In this document: positions 27,228 to 40,869 of the stretch, in pieces
How the letters are laid out: every line of letters begins with the position of its first letter
Position numbering within the stretch: the stretch's first letter is position 1
From: Octopus sinensis
Taxonomy: Eukaryota
DNA: 64,000 bases
Direction: 5' to 3'
Assembly: GCF_006345805.1 (NCBI RefSeq)
Contig: NC_043003.1
Span: 76,632,001-76,696,000, forward strand
Position numbers and translations under genes: made by a program
Notes under the pieces: model-generated
Database searches by the model: none
Told to the model about the DNA's origin: nothing
Seen by the model: the letters and a program-made list of their open reading frames with translations, nothing else

Positions 27228-27287
<60 letters not shown>

Positions 27288-27289
27288 TT

Positions 27290-27452
27290 ATGACGGGCTT
27301 CTTTCAGTTTCAGTCCACCAAATCCAATCATAAGATTTTGGTCGCCTCGGGGCTATAGTAGAAACAGTTTTCCATGATGCTAGGCAGTGAGATTGAACCC
27401 AAAAGCATATAGTTGAGAAGAAACCTTTTTTACCACACAGTCATGCCTGCGA
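27290..27452 (-). mobile_element. SINE family B (5' half)
   Basis: gacgggcttctttcagtttc..accaaatcca..ggctatagtagaa..ttaccacacagtca. Confidence 0.85.
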
Positions 27453-27938
27453 CTATATACCTCTTAACTCTACAGAACTTCATATCTTATTGAGATACAA
27501 AAGGCTGAGGGTCAGCATGAACATTTGTATTTATTACCAACAAATTGGTTAGAAATGGAATCTAAATCTCGTCCGAATGCAATAAGTAAATTTAATTCCA
27601 CCAAAATCATCAACACATCAAACATCAGATGTTAACTTAAAACTATATCACCACACAGCAGAAAACAGCATGTAAGAATATCAGACATGGTTTGCATCTT
27701 ACGCACTAAAAAGAAAAACTTCACTTTACAAGACACAAATATCCTACAATCTTCATTTGGGTAATTGAAGTTGAAACATTCGAGAGAATCTAGATGTCTT
27801 TGCCTTCGATGAAGCTTCGATGGAGAGGTCGATGGTATCTATGAGAAAAGTTAGTTTCCTATTTCTGTTTCATCTTTATTCCTTTTTTAGATACTTTGCA
27901 GCTGGCACAACACACACGTGTGTGTGTAAGTATATATT

Positions 27939-27939
<1 letters not shown>

Positions 27940-27986
<47 letters not shown>

Positions 27987-28018
27987 ATATATACATATAT
28001 ATATAGAGAGAGAGAGAG

Positions 28019-28092
<74 letters not shown>
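27940..28092. repeat. (GATA)n microsatellite
   Basis: Read directly. Confidence 0.95.
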
Positions 28093-28757
28093 TGGTTCAA
28101 GTACATAATTACATTCATATATTTTATGTACACACATTCACACATACACACACACACACATACACGTACATATTTTTTCCTGTAACTCAAGAAACTATTC
28201 CCCATTTCCCCTACAAAAGTTTATCATTTTCTAAAATATTTTTGAAATATATTAATATAGTTTTTTTACCCCTCTAATATATCTTTGCGACGAATGTAAT
28301 GGATCTAATTCATATAGAGAACATTTTGGAAAATGCAGAATATAGAATTAACGAATGCTCTCAATATTTTAAACTTTTTTGTTGAAAATGTTAAAAATCG
28401 ATTGCAACATAAAGATTAAGGTAGGAAATCTTAACCGATAATTGAAGAGAAGAGACATATCATGGGTTGAGATAGAAAGAACTGGAAGAATACTGAAATT
28501 TTCAGTAACAATTGTCGACAAGTATATTTTCTTTCCTGTAATTTCTATAAAATGAACGGTTACTAGGAATAGATGTACGACCACTCTACACAAACGCGCA
28601 TACGCACACGCACACATACACATATACACATATATTCATTCACACATATATGTGCGCCTACCGGCATACATGTGTCTATCTGCATGTATGTATATACAGT
28701 GCGTATAAGAGCGTGTTCGAATATGCGGACGTTTCTATATGTCACTGTCATTGTATA

Positions 28758-28800
<43 letters not shown>

Positions 28801-28808
28801 TATATATA

Positions 28809-28848
<40 letters not shown>

Positions 28849-29070
28849 CATATATATGAACATACTGTACATGTGTGTGTATATGTATATGTATATATGA
28901 TATAAATATATATAAACATACTGTACATGTGTGTATATATATACTTATATATATATATATATATACGTATGTATATATATGTATATATATTGTATACATA
29001 TGATATATAATATATAAAATAAATATATTATATATATATATATGTATATATATACTATTTCTATGTATTT

Positions 29071-29119
<49 letters not shown>

Positions 29120-29679
29120 TCGAGAGCCTTTCCTTTACATTAAGCTAAATATCGAGCTTGTGTCGTGGTAATAAATCCCGACAAGTTGCACTAAATGGGC
29201 ATGCCGTATCTTCGTTTCAAGTTATAGTTTTGTTCACAATACACCGTAATGATAGTGAATATATATATGTACTCGCCTGCATCCGCTTACTAGCAAATGC
29301 TTAGCAGCTGAAATATTCAACATATTCAATATAGAGATCGGATATTATATTGGACATATATTTGAGAAATTAACATTACTTTCTTCTTTTTATGTCATAG
29401 TTAGAAAAAGAGAGGCACCATTCTTTACTTCTTTACACATTTGTCAGAGACTTCAAAACCGCTCCGAAGGAATGTTTTCATTTTAAGTTTCAGGCCTATG
29501 AACTACCTCAAATGTTTGCAGTACTGAATTTCCTGAAATGTAGCCGATGGCCAAAAGAAAGATGGACCACGTCTATTAACTCAAACGAATAACCTTCCGT
29601 TGAGTTATCGGAGATTCCTTCTCTCAGAATTACCATAAATGTATTTGGCTGACCCGAGGTTCAGAAATCATTTAACTGT

Positions 29680-29990
29680 AGCTTATTTCAGACATTTGAG
29701 TGCGGCTATGCTGGAGCATCACCCTGAAAGGTTTTACTCGAACAACTCCACGCCAGGACTTAGTTTTTTAAGCCTGGTACACATTTTATTCGTCACATTC
29801 GTTAACACACCAAGCGGTAACAGTGGACACACACACACATAGATATGTATTCGACGGGTTTCTTTCAGTTTCCCTCTACCAAATCTGATCACAAGGCTTT
29901 AGTTGGCCTGAGGCTATAGTAGAAGACATCTATCCAAGGTACCATGCAGAGGGACGAACCCGGAACCATGTGGTTGGGAAGCAAACTTGC
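29680..29990 (-). mobile_element. SINE family B
   Basis: Reverse complement of the family B body and tail. Confidence 0.85.
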
Positions 29991-31914
29991 ACAAAATGAT
30001 GCACAACGGGATTGAATGTTAAAATATGTAGCAATCATTTCCAAATCCACTGATGTCTACTTTGTTTTCTTATAATGTTCTAGCCACAGAATGCCCCTTA
30101 ACAGACGATCGATGGTGGAAGAGATTCCAGCTGTGACTACTTTAATTCAAAAATATTTTATCTGTAACTTCTGATCTAGTGTGTCTAACCGTCTCAAAGG
30201 GCTCTGTTGTAATTTGACAGATATTTAGCTGTTGTTTCTAGTATAGTATGAGGCTTTCGGTAGGCCCACTGCATTATGAATAAATAATTGCTTTATTGCT
30301 GTTGGTTAGACCGACAATAAAAAGTGTTTGACTCATAACCATTCACTATCTTATTCATGCACTGCGTACGGTGGAAAGATTAACGAGTGTTTCCTTTTTA
30401 GAACGTGTGCATAGGTGTAAATATAGAAATGACTGCTATTTCAAAATATTCAAGCGTGATGTATGAGCTTCGCAAACAGATGGTTAGGTTAAATTCTCAC
30501 TCTGTTTTGCTTTTATCACACGAATTTCAGATGAAATCTTTTTCATTCATCTTTCAGTTTGATAAGTAGTAAACACCTATCATAAAATAATCTACACACA
30601 TCCGCTAAAACCTCGTAGCTTCCCATGAAAATTAGAGATCAGATCTTTGCGACAGTAATGTCACAGTAAATGTATATAAGAGAATCTATATAGATTATTG
30701 GGTTCTTTCCGTTGTCAAAGCACTTAAAAACCAACTACATTGTAGCCAACTGAAAGATATCGAGCGGTGTTTTTTTTTATTATCTGAGTATATTTCTCCA
30801 ACTTATGATCAGGTGCTTCGTTGCACCTACATTATTTCACTAACTATGAATTGAAATTTCATGAGCATTCCAGTAATGGTGTTAAACATCTTATAAAAGT
30901 GAAATAGGATTGTTATTTTCTGCAAATCACGTTGCCTAAATAAACTTGATATACATCAACAGGAAATAGTTTCAAATATGTCATGCTTCAATAAAAGGTT
31001 GGTATATTAAAAAAAAGAATACTTTCTGCAGTAAAAACAATGACATTTTGAGGTGGATAAATCTCCTTTCCGTAATATAAGATTTTATATATATATAAAT
31101 CTACTCACACACACATATTTATTCACGCACACATACATATATATTACTCTTTATCCTTTGGTTATAAATATTCCATCAAAATGGAGTTGTTCTCTCTCCA
31201 TTCATTAAAAGTTAATGGAATTGCATAATCTTCATTGACTGCGCCTTTTAAAATTTAGGGTAAGGTTTATAATCTCTCATCCTTTTCAATATACCATTGA
31301 CGTATTTATTGAATGTAATCTGCCATTCTTAGCTATGGCGTTAAAAAATTTTCGTTGCCTACCTGTTCTGATTATCCTGTTAAAATTATCGTATATATAT
31401 TGGAGAAACAGTGTTAAAAGTGTAAACTCCGTACAGATGACGACCTATTCCGGAAATATAACACCAAAGAATATTTGTTGGTTATATCTTTTACTACAAA
31501 GAACGGTGGAGAAATATCTGATGTTTCGGCTTAAGATGCATCAAAAGACTTTAGGAAGACTTTTCTAAGACCCATGACGAATTAACATGCCAAGGCTTAC
31601 AAACCCTCTTAGTGTGTTTTTTAACAATTGTTTAGATTATCAAATCTCACTTATAGTAATTAGACTAAGTCTGACAGTGTAGATTGTGTCTCTGGATTAA
31701 AATTTTAAGAAAGAAATTAGAGCAATAGTTGCTCTAATTTTGAAAATGATGTCAATAGAATGAAGTGCTGATTGAATGTACAGATTAGGTTCTGTACAGA
31801 TGAACACAAGATTACAAATGTAGATAAGAATGCTAAGAGAGAATGTTTGAAGTGGTTGGGATACGCTATTCTCAGACAGCATCACCATAATAATGTTGAC
31901 TTTTGAGTATATAT

Positions 31915-32135
31915 CTCTTTTACTCTTGTACTTGTTTCAGTCATTTGACTGTGGCCATGCTGGAGCACCGCCTTTATTCGTGCAAATCGACCCCATGACT
32001 TATTTTTTGTAAGCCTAGTACTTATTCTATCGTTCTCTTTGCCGAACCGCTAAGTTACGGGGACGAAAACACACCAGCATCGTTGTCAAGTGATGTTGTG
32101 GGGACAAACACAGATACACAAACATATACACACAT
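31915..32135 (-). mobile_element. SINE family B 3' half
   Basis: cttgtttcagtcatttgactgtggccatgctggagcaccgcc..gccgaaccgctaagttacggggacg. Confidence 0.9.
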
Positions 32136-33098
32136 ACATACATATAAAAAAAATACGTACATACAAAAAAAATTATTATTAATTTGAGGTGCGCTGAAAG
32201 AAACGTTTCAGCATTTTTCCAGTTCTTTTTGTGTTAAAATCCCGCCGACTTAAACCTTGCCTTTCGTTTCTCCGAAATCAATAACATAAAGTGCCATTCA
32301 AGCACTTTGTGTTGAGCATATCCATTAATTCCATCCCTTCCAGTTTTTTAGCTTTGTACATATACTAGAAAATTATTTTTATTGCAATCACCATACCTAT
32401 CTTTAATCAAGAAATTTTCTTTCTAAAAAACATATTAGGAACATCTCAGAAAAAAATGCGTATGAGTTTTGAACGCTAACAACCACGTCAAATGCTAACA
32501 AAAACCATTCAAGTTTAACAAATTCTCCGTGTGAATGTTTACAGATCGTAGTATTGCTACTTTCTAGAATATATCTGTGGTAATCTGCCAGTATCATTAC
32601 AGAAATACTTGTGTATTACTTCAGCTGTACTAATTACAAATGGGATTATAAACACATTTCTTAATTGCCATAATGTTTTTAATTCAACAGCTAGGTGAAT
32701 GTAATTTCTCATTATCGCTATCATAATTACTACTGTAACACCTCCGTCTCTGTTTCTCCTACTTACAACAACACCGAATAAATTGCAATACACACATTTT
32801 ATGGCCTCGACATACAACATCATCATTTAATGTTTTTCTACTACTGTGTGTGGTGATGTTGTCTAGATGGTTGAATATATATACTTATATATATGTGTGT
32901 GTGTGAGAGAGAGGGGGAGAGATTGTATGTATGTATGTGTGGGCATGTAAACGTGTATGCACATGTATATATATATATTTATTTATTTATACACACACAC
33001 GTACATACATACATACATACATACACACACATATATATGTATGTATGTATGTGTATATGTGTATATATATGCATATATATATATATATAATATATATA

Positions 33099-33134
<36 letters not shown>

Positions 33135-33152
33135 TGTATGTATGTATGTATG

Positions 33153-33206
<54 letters not shown>

Positions 33207-33240
33207 AGGTGAATATGTGTCTTTATATATATATATAGAA

Positions 33241-33358
<118 letters not shown>

Positions 33359-33704
33359 GCATGTGTGTACTTGTATTTTTCTAATCAACGTTTGTTTTAT
33401 ATTCAATGTAAATTCTATCTAGTTATATGTTGTTCCAGTATCCATGTATTGATCGCCTGTATGCAGTATCGAAACTTATAAGAGCTTCGAAATTATGATG
33501 TTTAAATTCATCTTCGTCCGTCATGCTCCTTGTCTTGACGCCGTTGGCAAGGAGACACACACCTGTTCGTATACACCAGTAATAATGATTATGTGTGTCT
33601 ATATGCGAGTGAATATAAGTGGGTGCTCACCCACACACAATCAATCTAATATATAATTTTCAATTTATGAGATATTATTGTTGTTGTGGCTATTATTATT
33701 ATTA

Positions 33705-33747
<43 letters not shown>

Positions 33748-34699
33748 TAAAATGGCTAGGCACATGAAAACTACACTGATTTTGTGTTGGTGAACCTTTA
33801 CGTTATTTTTCTCTACTTTTCCGAATGAGTCTTATAAAATTCTTACACTTGCCTTCAAAAGGTGACAGCAAATCTGCAGAAAAATGCACTTTCACGCTTT
33901 ATGTACAGAATACGTTTATATAACAATTCCAAATTCTCTATTTTCTCTTTCAAACATATAAGCATTTGCCAAAGTGGCGAAACCTCTTCCAAGCAATTAT
34001 TATGTGTTATAATAGATGAAGATGGATCTAAATTCTTGTACTAGCCTCTTAGCCAGTATAACTCCGGCTAACTCTGCCAGAAAGGAATGTCAATCAACTG
34101 TACCTGAAACGGAATCTAAAGGGACGCCCCAGTTTCTCTCGAAATTTCAACACGAAGAATAATTTAGAACAGCAAAACAAAAACAAACGAATTAACCTTA
34201 CTAACGCAATCGTCACCACTATCAACGACAAGGAAAACAAGAGCGACGATCGAAAACAGTATCAGTACCAGTAACAACAACTACAATAACGACTATGACG
34301 ACGATAACAACATCGATAGCAACAACATTAAATCCAAAACGACCTCAAAACCAGGACTGCTCTTTGCTACTGTAACGCAAACGTGGGTTAATATAGCGTT
34401 GGAAGACAACTCGGTCTTCAACTAGAGGAACCGACACTGCTGTGTCTGATCGTACTTCTCCAGGAAGAAATATAAAATAATAAAAAGGAGGACACAGAAT
34501 TATAACAGCTAGAAAAAAAAATAACCGAAAATCTAGCACAAGTACAAGCTGAGAAATGATTGAAAGAAGCGTGAGAATCAGTGAACCATCAATGTAAAGG
34601 AAAATTATTTGGAAAAGTAGAAGTCCTTTACCTTAACAAAGAAGAGATTGTAAAAATGATCACAGTTACTCGATCTGCTGAAGAATATGTACTCATACC

Positions 34700-34930
34700 T
34701 ATTTCTTTATTACCCACAAGGGGCTAAACATAGAGGGGACAAACATGGACAGACATAGGTATTAAGTCGATTATATCGACCCCAGTGCGTAACTGGTACT
34801 TTATTTATCGACCCCGAAAGGATGAAAGGCAAAGTCGACCTCGGCGGAATTTGAACTCAGAACGTAGCGACAGACGAAATACCGCTAGGCATTTCGCCCG
34901 GCGTGCTAACGTTTCTGCCAGCTCGTCGTC
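34700..34930 (-). mobile_element. SINE family A, full length
   Basis: Complete head to tail; cctatttc on both flanks (34698, 34930). Confidence 0.92.
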
Positions 34931-37009
34931 CTATTTCGGAAAATGTTTATGTTAGATGACACAAAAAGTGGGCCGAATTAAATGTTAAGTTACAAATGCG
35001 GCTAACTCAAGAAAATTTAGAAAAATTCCCAACCTCATTCACCTGGAGATATTGGACCCCGTAAGAATCATGGTTCTAGGAAGAAAAGGTTTAATGCGTA
35101 TCCACGCCACAGAAACATCAACAACTTCAACGCCAGTATCAGGAACTTCAGATAAGATCACAATCACACGCATGCATGCACACGTATGCGCGCGCATACA
35201 CACACACATACACACAAAGCCAGCAATCACCATCCCTTACTGAATCATCCTCAAATAACGAAAAATAAACAGTGGAGCACAGAGAGTGAGAGTGGCAAGT
35301 TGTCGACAGAAAAGCCCCAAAATATAAGGTAAAATGCCTTAACTCCACCATAATTAATTTCAACGCTGACAGCAGACAACACTCTCCAAAATACACCAAA
35401 TTGTCACACCAGTGCAAGCACCGAAGCATCACCAGGAGTAACGAAAAACAATAAGTCACAAAAATCATCATTACAACAACCAAAATGCTCCCACTGTACA
35501 CCTTACAACAAGAAAATATAGAAGCACAAGGAGAAAACGCACAGGCACAAAATGAACAAAAATGGAATAAAATTAGAAGGGGAAGGATTTGTATAATTCA
35601 CCCCCAAAACACCTAAAGAAAGAATCCTTATGAAAACATCAAGTCAAATTTACTATACTCTCTTGAACAACTTCCCAAAGAGAGCGGTTATTTTCAGAAA
35701 GTTAGTTAATAAAAGTTTATGGAAAGGGCTTTTCAAGGGACAGCCACCTCAAAAGGACACAGACCATCCTTCATTCAAAATGATTCGGAGCGACGTATGT
35801 GAGAAAACTGTTACTTATTTTCTTCAATAAATATGGTGGTACTCAGATTGGGATGTATCAATGTTCATTGTTTGTTGTCAACTTGTAAGTAAGGCAACTT
35901 GCTCAACGACCTCCAATTACTTGATTAGGCGTGGTGGCCATTACTGTCACCATAATTTCTGAGACGCACGTATTCAGCTCAATGTTTAACAACAAGACGT
36001 ACTCATCTTCTGGTCTGATAGGATCGGTCATTGGAATAACTCTGCTTTTCTGGAAGGAATTCGGTTTAGAAGTGCAGACAAGCTTACTGGATCCTGCAGG
36101 TGAGTTGGTGGTACTAGATGGGTGTGAAAGTAAAGGCAGCGCTTTCAGACTAGCGGCCGTCTATGCCCCCACCCCACCTGGGTTAGACTGTCATATATCT
36201 ATAAACGGCTAGAAAGCTTCCGAGGAACATGCCGCTCTCTTGTTTCTAGTAGGTGACTGAGATGGTATTTTGGAGGCATGAAAGGATTGTGTAGTGTTAA
36301 GTCACAAAAAAGATGCAAACGCCTCGAAAACTTAGATGTTGCCAACTCTCTGACAGATAGTGACTGGATCTCCCGAATGAGGCATTTAGATTTGGAGCAA
36401 CCACGATGGGACTTCCAGGTACTTAGAGTTTTCTTTAAGTTATCTGAAAAATATATATTAGGACATCCATAATTTAAACTAGTCGGCTACGCAGATCACA
36501 AATTTGAGATCTTCCCAACCGCTTTGAATAAGACCCGTAGCCAGGGACCCGACGACTGGAAGCTGAAAGTGTCTTCCTTGACGCGTAAAAATACAGAGAC
36601 CTTATTAGCGAGCTAGTTAAGAGACACCTGACAGAGGTAATAGTTAATCACAGACGGTGGGGAACCCTGAGGTGTAAAATTAAATATGAGTTAATAGCAT
36701 TTAGCAAATAGCAAGTGACAGAGAGAAATAGACTAGAGAAGGACCAGTTAGTTCTCTAGAAGAGGCAATTAGGAGTCACATTGCAACCAATGTGCTGGTG
36801 GCAAGCATGGGCCTGAACTATTTCTTCAATACGAAACATGAAGGCAACGTTGTCAGGGCTAGAGCTCGTGCACTAAAGCAAGAAAAAAGGAAAGCCGTCC
36901 GGTGGGCTCGGATGGTGGAGGTGCGATGTGGCAACAAAGCCATAATTCAGTCTTAGGCCGCTCGGGATGGGCTTGCACTGAGCGGTTCGGAGCAAATGTG
37001 GGCAGACTT

Positions 37010-37235
37010 CCAGCAAATTTCGGGCTTTCGCTAAAGATGTGCCATACCGGCTCACCCCACTCACCATATATTCTGCATTTGTCGCTGTCGGTAGTGTTGT
37101 CGATTCTGCACTTCACATAGTCCTTAACGCTTGTTCTTGAGCTGCGCATATAAGTGCTTCCGTCTCTATCTTCAGATTACTTCTCCGCATCCATAGCTAC
37201 CGGTCTTCTGTATCTGTCTTGGTGTTCGTATCTCT
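37010..37235 (-). mobile_element. R4/Dong-type LINE fragment (zinc-knuckle region) inside the Tx1 element
   Basis: WMRRSNLKIETEALICAAQEQALR..YVKCRID..DKCRIYGEWGEPVWHIFSESPKFA. Confidence 0.85.
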
Positions 37236-37539
37236 TACAAACTGACCGTACATGTTTTCAAAGAAAGCGATAGGCCACTGAGAATAATGGATTTCAGTAA
37301 CTGCCTCAACAGCTTGCGGCAACTCTCGGAAGAAGAGGTTACAAGCTTTGAAAGGTCAATAACAACAATTGAGATAAGAGAAGTATTGAATGTCTGCGCA
37401 ATGGACAAATCATCCGGTTCGGATGCTCTCCAACACTCTACACAGGTCTTTGAAGGGTTAAACTTAACCAAAACAATTGGTGTTTTAAAACCACCTGGAA
37501 AGGCCGTAAAAGGCGTCGGGGAGTGGTGAACGATAGTTC

Positions 37540-38530
37540 TATTAAATTTTCATTTGTTGGCTTCTTTGAAAAGAAGAGTTTTATTTTTGTTTACTCATGC
37601 TAATTGTATTTAATTTCCATGCTTCTATACTTGTTATTCCTTAATGCCTATTACCTTTTCTTTGCCTTTGCTCTGTTTTAATCATTAATTTAATTTGTCT
37701 ATAAAATTCCTCCTCAATCTTTACTTTCTTTTGAGTGTATTGTACACTGTTTAGTTCATTGATTCCTAAATATTTGTATATTTCTGTTTGGTCTAATTCT
37801 CTTACCTCATTTTCACCGTGATATATAAATGTTCTTAATTAGTTTTCCTCTGAACAAATTTGCTTTGGGACATTTTCTAAAATAAATCTCATTTTTATTT
37901 CTTTGGTAAATTTGTGTACTGTCTGCCGTTAGGTTTCCATTTGTTTATAATGTGAAGCATCCAAAAGATAGTTGATTATTTTACCACTGCATTTGTATAC
38001 ACATTCAAGTCTCTTAAGCATGACGCTTAACGACATTTATGCAAGGCAGAAAAGAAGTCGAGAGAGGGAGTCCTCCTAAAATATTCCTCTTATATTGAGA
38101 AAGAGAAAACGTCTTATTATTCCCACTTTTGTCAATAACACCCGAATTATTTGTCTTTTACTGATATGTTTCAAGTAGCATTATATGACTTACCTGACTC
38201 AGAACTAGTATTTCTTGGATTCACTTGTACAGAATGCTGCCAAATGCCTGCCAGTAGTCAGTCTAAACCATGGTCAGGTCTTCTTTTTTTTCTTCTTTTT
38301 ATTTCTTCACTCTTCGATTATAGTTTTGCCGAAAAGTAGTGTTTTCCTCGAGGATCTTGCTCACTTTCTTCGATACTATTTTCGTTATGGCTTTGTAGGA
38401 AAAACCGCCAAGGGTCACTAGATTTGAGGGTTTGCAGTCTCTCTTACTGTAAGTTGTCTCTGGCTCTATCGGTATTACCTTAAACCTAACCTGACTTTTC
38501 AGACTGTGCCACGTCTTCGTACCTTCCAGG
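37540..38530 (-). mobile_element. R4/Dong-type LINE: RT core remnant and probable 5' region
   Basis: RGIF*EDSLSRLLFCLA..SLS..; TVHKFTKEIK.MRFILE.KC.K..RGKL..RELDQTEIYKYLGINE..EEFYRQIKLMIKTE. Confidence 0.8.
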
Positions 38531-38599
38531 TGTTGTTGTTAGTGTTGCTCTTGTTGCTGTTATTGTTGTTGTTATTCTCATCATCGTCATCATCACCAT

Positions 38600-38835
38600 C
38601 TCTATTATTTTTCTTTTAACTCAATTTGTGTTGGAATTCTCTTGCATAAGCAGCAGATTTGCCGTTTGCAGTCTACCAGTACTTTGCTATATGTTCTTTT
38701 CAACAATTTGATACTTTCGTCATGATTCTGGTTATGCCAAAAAGCCTAACGTTTTGCGACAGCTCTACTGGACACACTATTCTCATTTACTTTATATTGC
38801 TATTGATACCTTCTGATATTTTCACCAAGGACCCA
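38600..38835 (-). mobile_element. R4/Dong-type LINE 3' end, degraded
   Basis: VELSQNVRLFGITRIMTKV (cf. ELLQK..LLGTARILRKVL); abuts (TAA)n. Confidence 0.55.
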
Positions 38836-38901
38836 TATTATCATTATTATTATTATTATTATTATTGCTGTTGTTGTTGTTGTTGTTGTTGTTGTTATTA
38901 C

Positions 38902-38970
<69 letters not shown>

Positions 38971-39011
38971 CATCATCATTATTATTATTACTATTATTAT
39001 TATGATGAAGA

Positions 39012-39360
39012 TGACGCTTGTTTACTGGTCATGCTTCAAGATCCCTGGGAAGAAATCTTGCAGATCCAAGCAATGCTGATTTTGTTGGTGTTCTACCTTC
39101 GCACTTGCACCAATCGTTTTCAGCCATATTGGAAGTTGAGTGCTGATACTTCCATGTGTGACAACCGCTATTGATATCACCTCTACTCACTTCATTGACG
39201 GCAACCTTCGAATTTCTCACTTCAAATTGTCAGAGTTGTTTATTTTTTTTCTTCTTTCACATTGATCCTGTTGTCACCTGGGCATGTTATGTCGATTATC
39301 AGGCATGTTCTTATTTTTTATTTACTACAAAGTCCGGTTTCCGAGGTCTGGTATGGTGAA
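39012..39360 (-). mobile_element. R4/Dong-type LINE restriction-like endonuclease (RLE) domain
   Basis: RKPDFVV..RTCLIIDITCPGDNRINVKEEKK..L..EIRRL..VEVI..KSALLGSARFL; bounded by (TAA)n on both sides. Confidence 0.88.
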
Positions 39361-39391
39361 TTATTATTAATATTGTTGTTGTTGTTGTTAT

Positions 39392-39850
39392 GGAGTGAGA
39401 GAGCAGTGCATGCCATCACAGTGACACTGGAGTAAAATATACAAAGCCCAGTATACCTATCACGACTCCCCGTCTGATAAGGGTACACCAGACATAGGCA
39501 TCACAACCATATGTGCTCGACATGCTGATTTCGTATGAAGATAAACAGCACATGACCTTTCAAGTGGGACCCAGTTAGAAATTTCTGCGAGTCGAGTAGC
39601 CCGGCTATGATGCTATGATGCTCCCCCACTACTTCTGCTCGTGTTTAGAGATGCGCATATCGTCAGCCACTAAGGGATACGCTCAGCTGTTTAAGTGCAA
39701 ACAACTGACAAACAAATCTGCGGTATTGAGCAGAATACTTGCTATAGTCCACCTTTTTTACCAAGACAAAACAATGTACATGTAGCACTTCCAATCAGTT
39801 AAAATCAGAAGTCAGGAGAGCCACTGTCTGGTACTGCATCAGAACATTTA
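39392..39850 (-). mobile_element. ~460-bp non-coding retroposon-like element in TAA/CAA repeats
   Basis: A second, truncated copy at 40563-40735 shares the same left end. The strand is inferred from that truncation. Confidence 0.7.
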
Positions 39851-39949
39851 TTAATATTGTTGTTGTTGTTGTTGTTGTTCTTGTTGTTGTTCTTGTTGTT
39901 CTTGTTGTTTTCCTTGTTCTTGTAGATGTCCTTGTTCGTGTTGTTATAA

Positions 39950-40436
39950 TATTTCCAGGCAGATTTCTACTGCATCACCAACTACACCTCTGTGTTGCTG
40001 TGTGTGCAGCATTATGTGTTCTCTTTTGGATTTTGGGGCTGCGTGCAACGATCTCGGGATTGTATTGCATCAGGTTGTTTTTGTTATGGAGTATGGTTGC
40101 AGTCGCCTGTTGTATTGGTGGTTGTATTGTGTACTGTGTGTGTAATGCAAGTTGTGTTCTTCTATTGAGTATCCGGCCTGTAGAATACATGTTGTGATGG
40201 TTATTTATTTTATTAATTATTTTCCGTATAACGTTTCTTGTGTTTGTGGATTGGTTTGTTTTGGTTTATTGTTGAATAGAGTCTGTCGTAGGATTATTAT
40301 CATTATTATTATTATTATTATTATTATTCTATGTTTGACTTTTGCTTTATGTCTGTACAAGTTGGCTCCAAGTCTCACCCAGAGACCTCAAGAGACAACA
40401 GGTTGGAAGTTCTGTGCCATATATTTGGGGTTTTCT
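39950..40436 (-). mobile_element. Two short LINE-like 3' end/UTR fragments separated by (TAA)n
   Basis: The minus strand from 40294 reads ILRQTLFN (cf. Dong ORF end ILRK.L). 40330-40436 is a unique island between TAA arrays. Confidence 0.45.
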
Positions 40437-40562
40437 TTTATTATTATTATTATTTTATTATTATTATCATTATTATTATTATTATCATTATTATTATTAT
40501 TATTATTATCATTATTATTATTATTGTTATTATTATTTATTATTATTATTACTATTATTATT

Positions 40563-40735
40563 GAATGAGAGAGCTGTGCATGCCATCAAAGTGACACTGG
40601 GGTAAAGTATTCGAAGCCCAGTATACCCATCATGACTACCCATCTGATAAGGGTACTCCAGGCAGATGCCTCACAACCATATGTGCGTGACATGCTGATC
40701 TCATTTCAAGATAAACAGCCCTTGACCTTGCAGTG
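40563..40735 (-). mobile_element. Truncated copy of the 39392-39850 element
   Basis: gagagagctgtgcatgccatcaaagtgacactggggtaaa..ctgataagggtac..tcacaaccatatgtgc..aagataaacagc. Confidence 0.8.
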
Positions 40736-40770
40736 GTGGTGGTGGTGTTGGTGGTTTTGGTGGTGGTAGT

Positions 40771-40851
<81 letters not shown>

Positions 40852-40869
40852 CACTAGTCCCCTTTTATT

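Larger units (their letters stand above)
25281..27229 (+). mobile_element. Non-coding PLE/retrozyme-like element: ~200-bp inverted 5' copy plus ~2.2 tandem ~806-bp units
   Basis: 25281-25483 is the inverse of 25501-25701. Units start at 25484, 26289 and 27096. No real ORF. Flanked by (TA)n. Confidence 0.85.
34500..37445 (+). mobile_element. Degraded Tx1/L1-clade LINE (putative ORF1; ORF2 APE endonuclease up to the RT start)
   Basis: ORF2 motifs from ~35842: LGCINV, DPAGELVVLD..FRLAAVYAP, LFLVGD, YADHKF, GPDDWKLKVSSL, EGNVVRAR, LSEEE..ERSITTIEIREVL..KSSGSDAL (cf. KSPGPDGL). The ORF1 assignment of 34500-35600 is weaker. Confidence 0.8.

Noticed and set aside
31150-31370. Minus-strand peptide IRQWY..IPLTFNEW, vaguely like a PC4 domain
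   Set aside because: It needs several frameshifts and stops, and the similarity is too weak.
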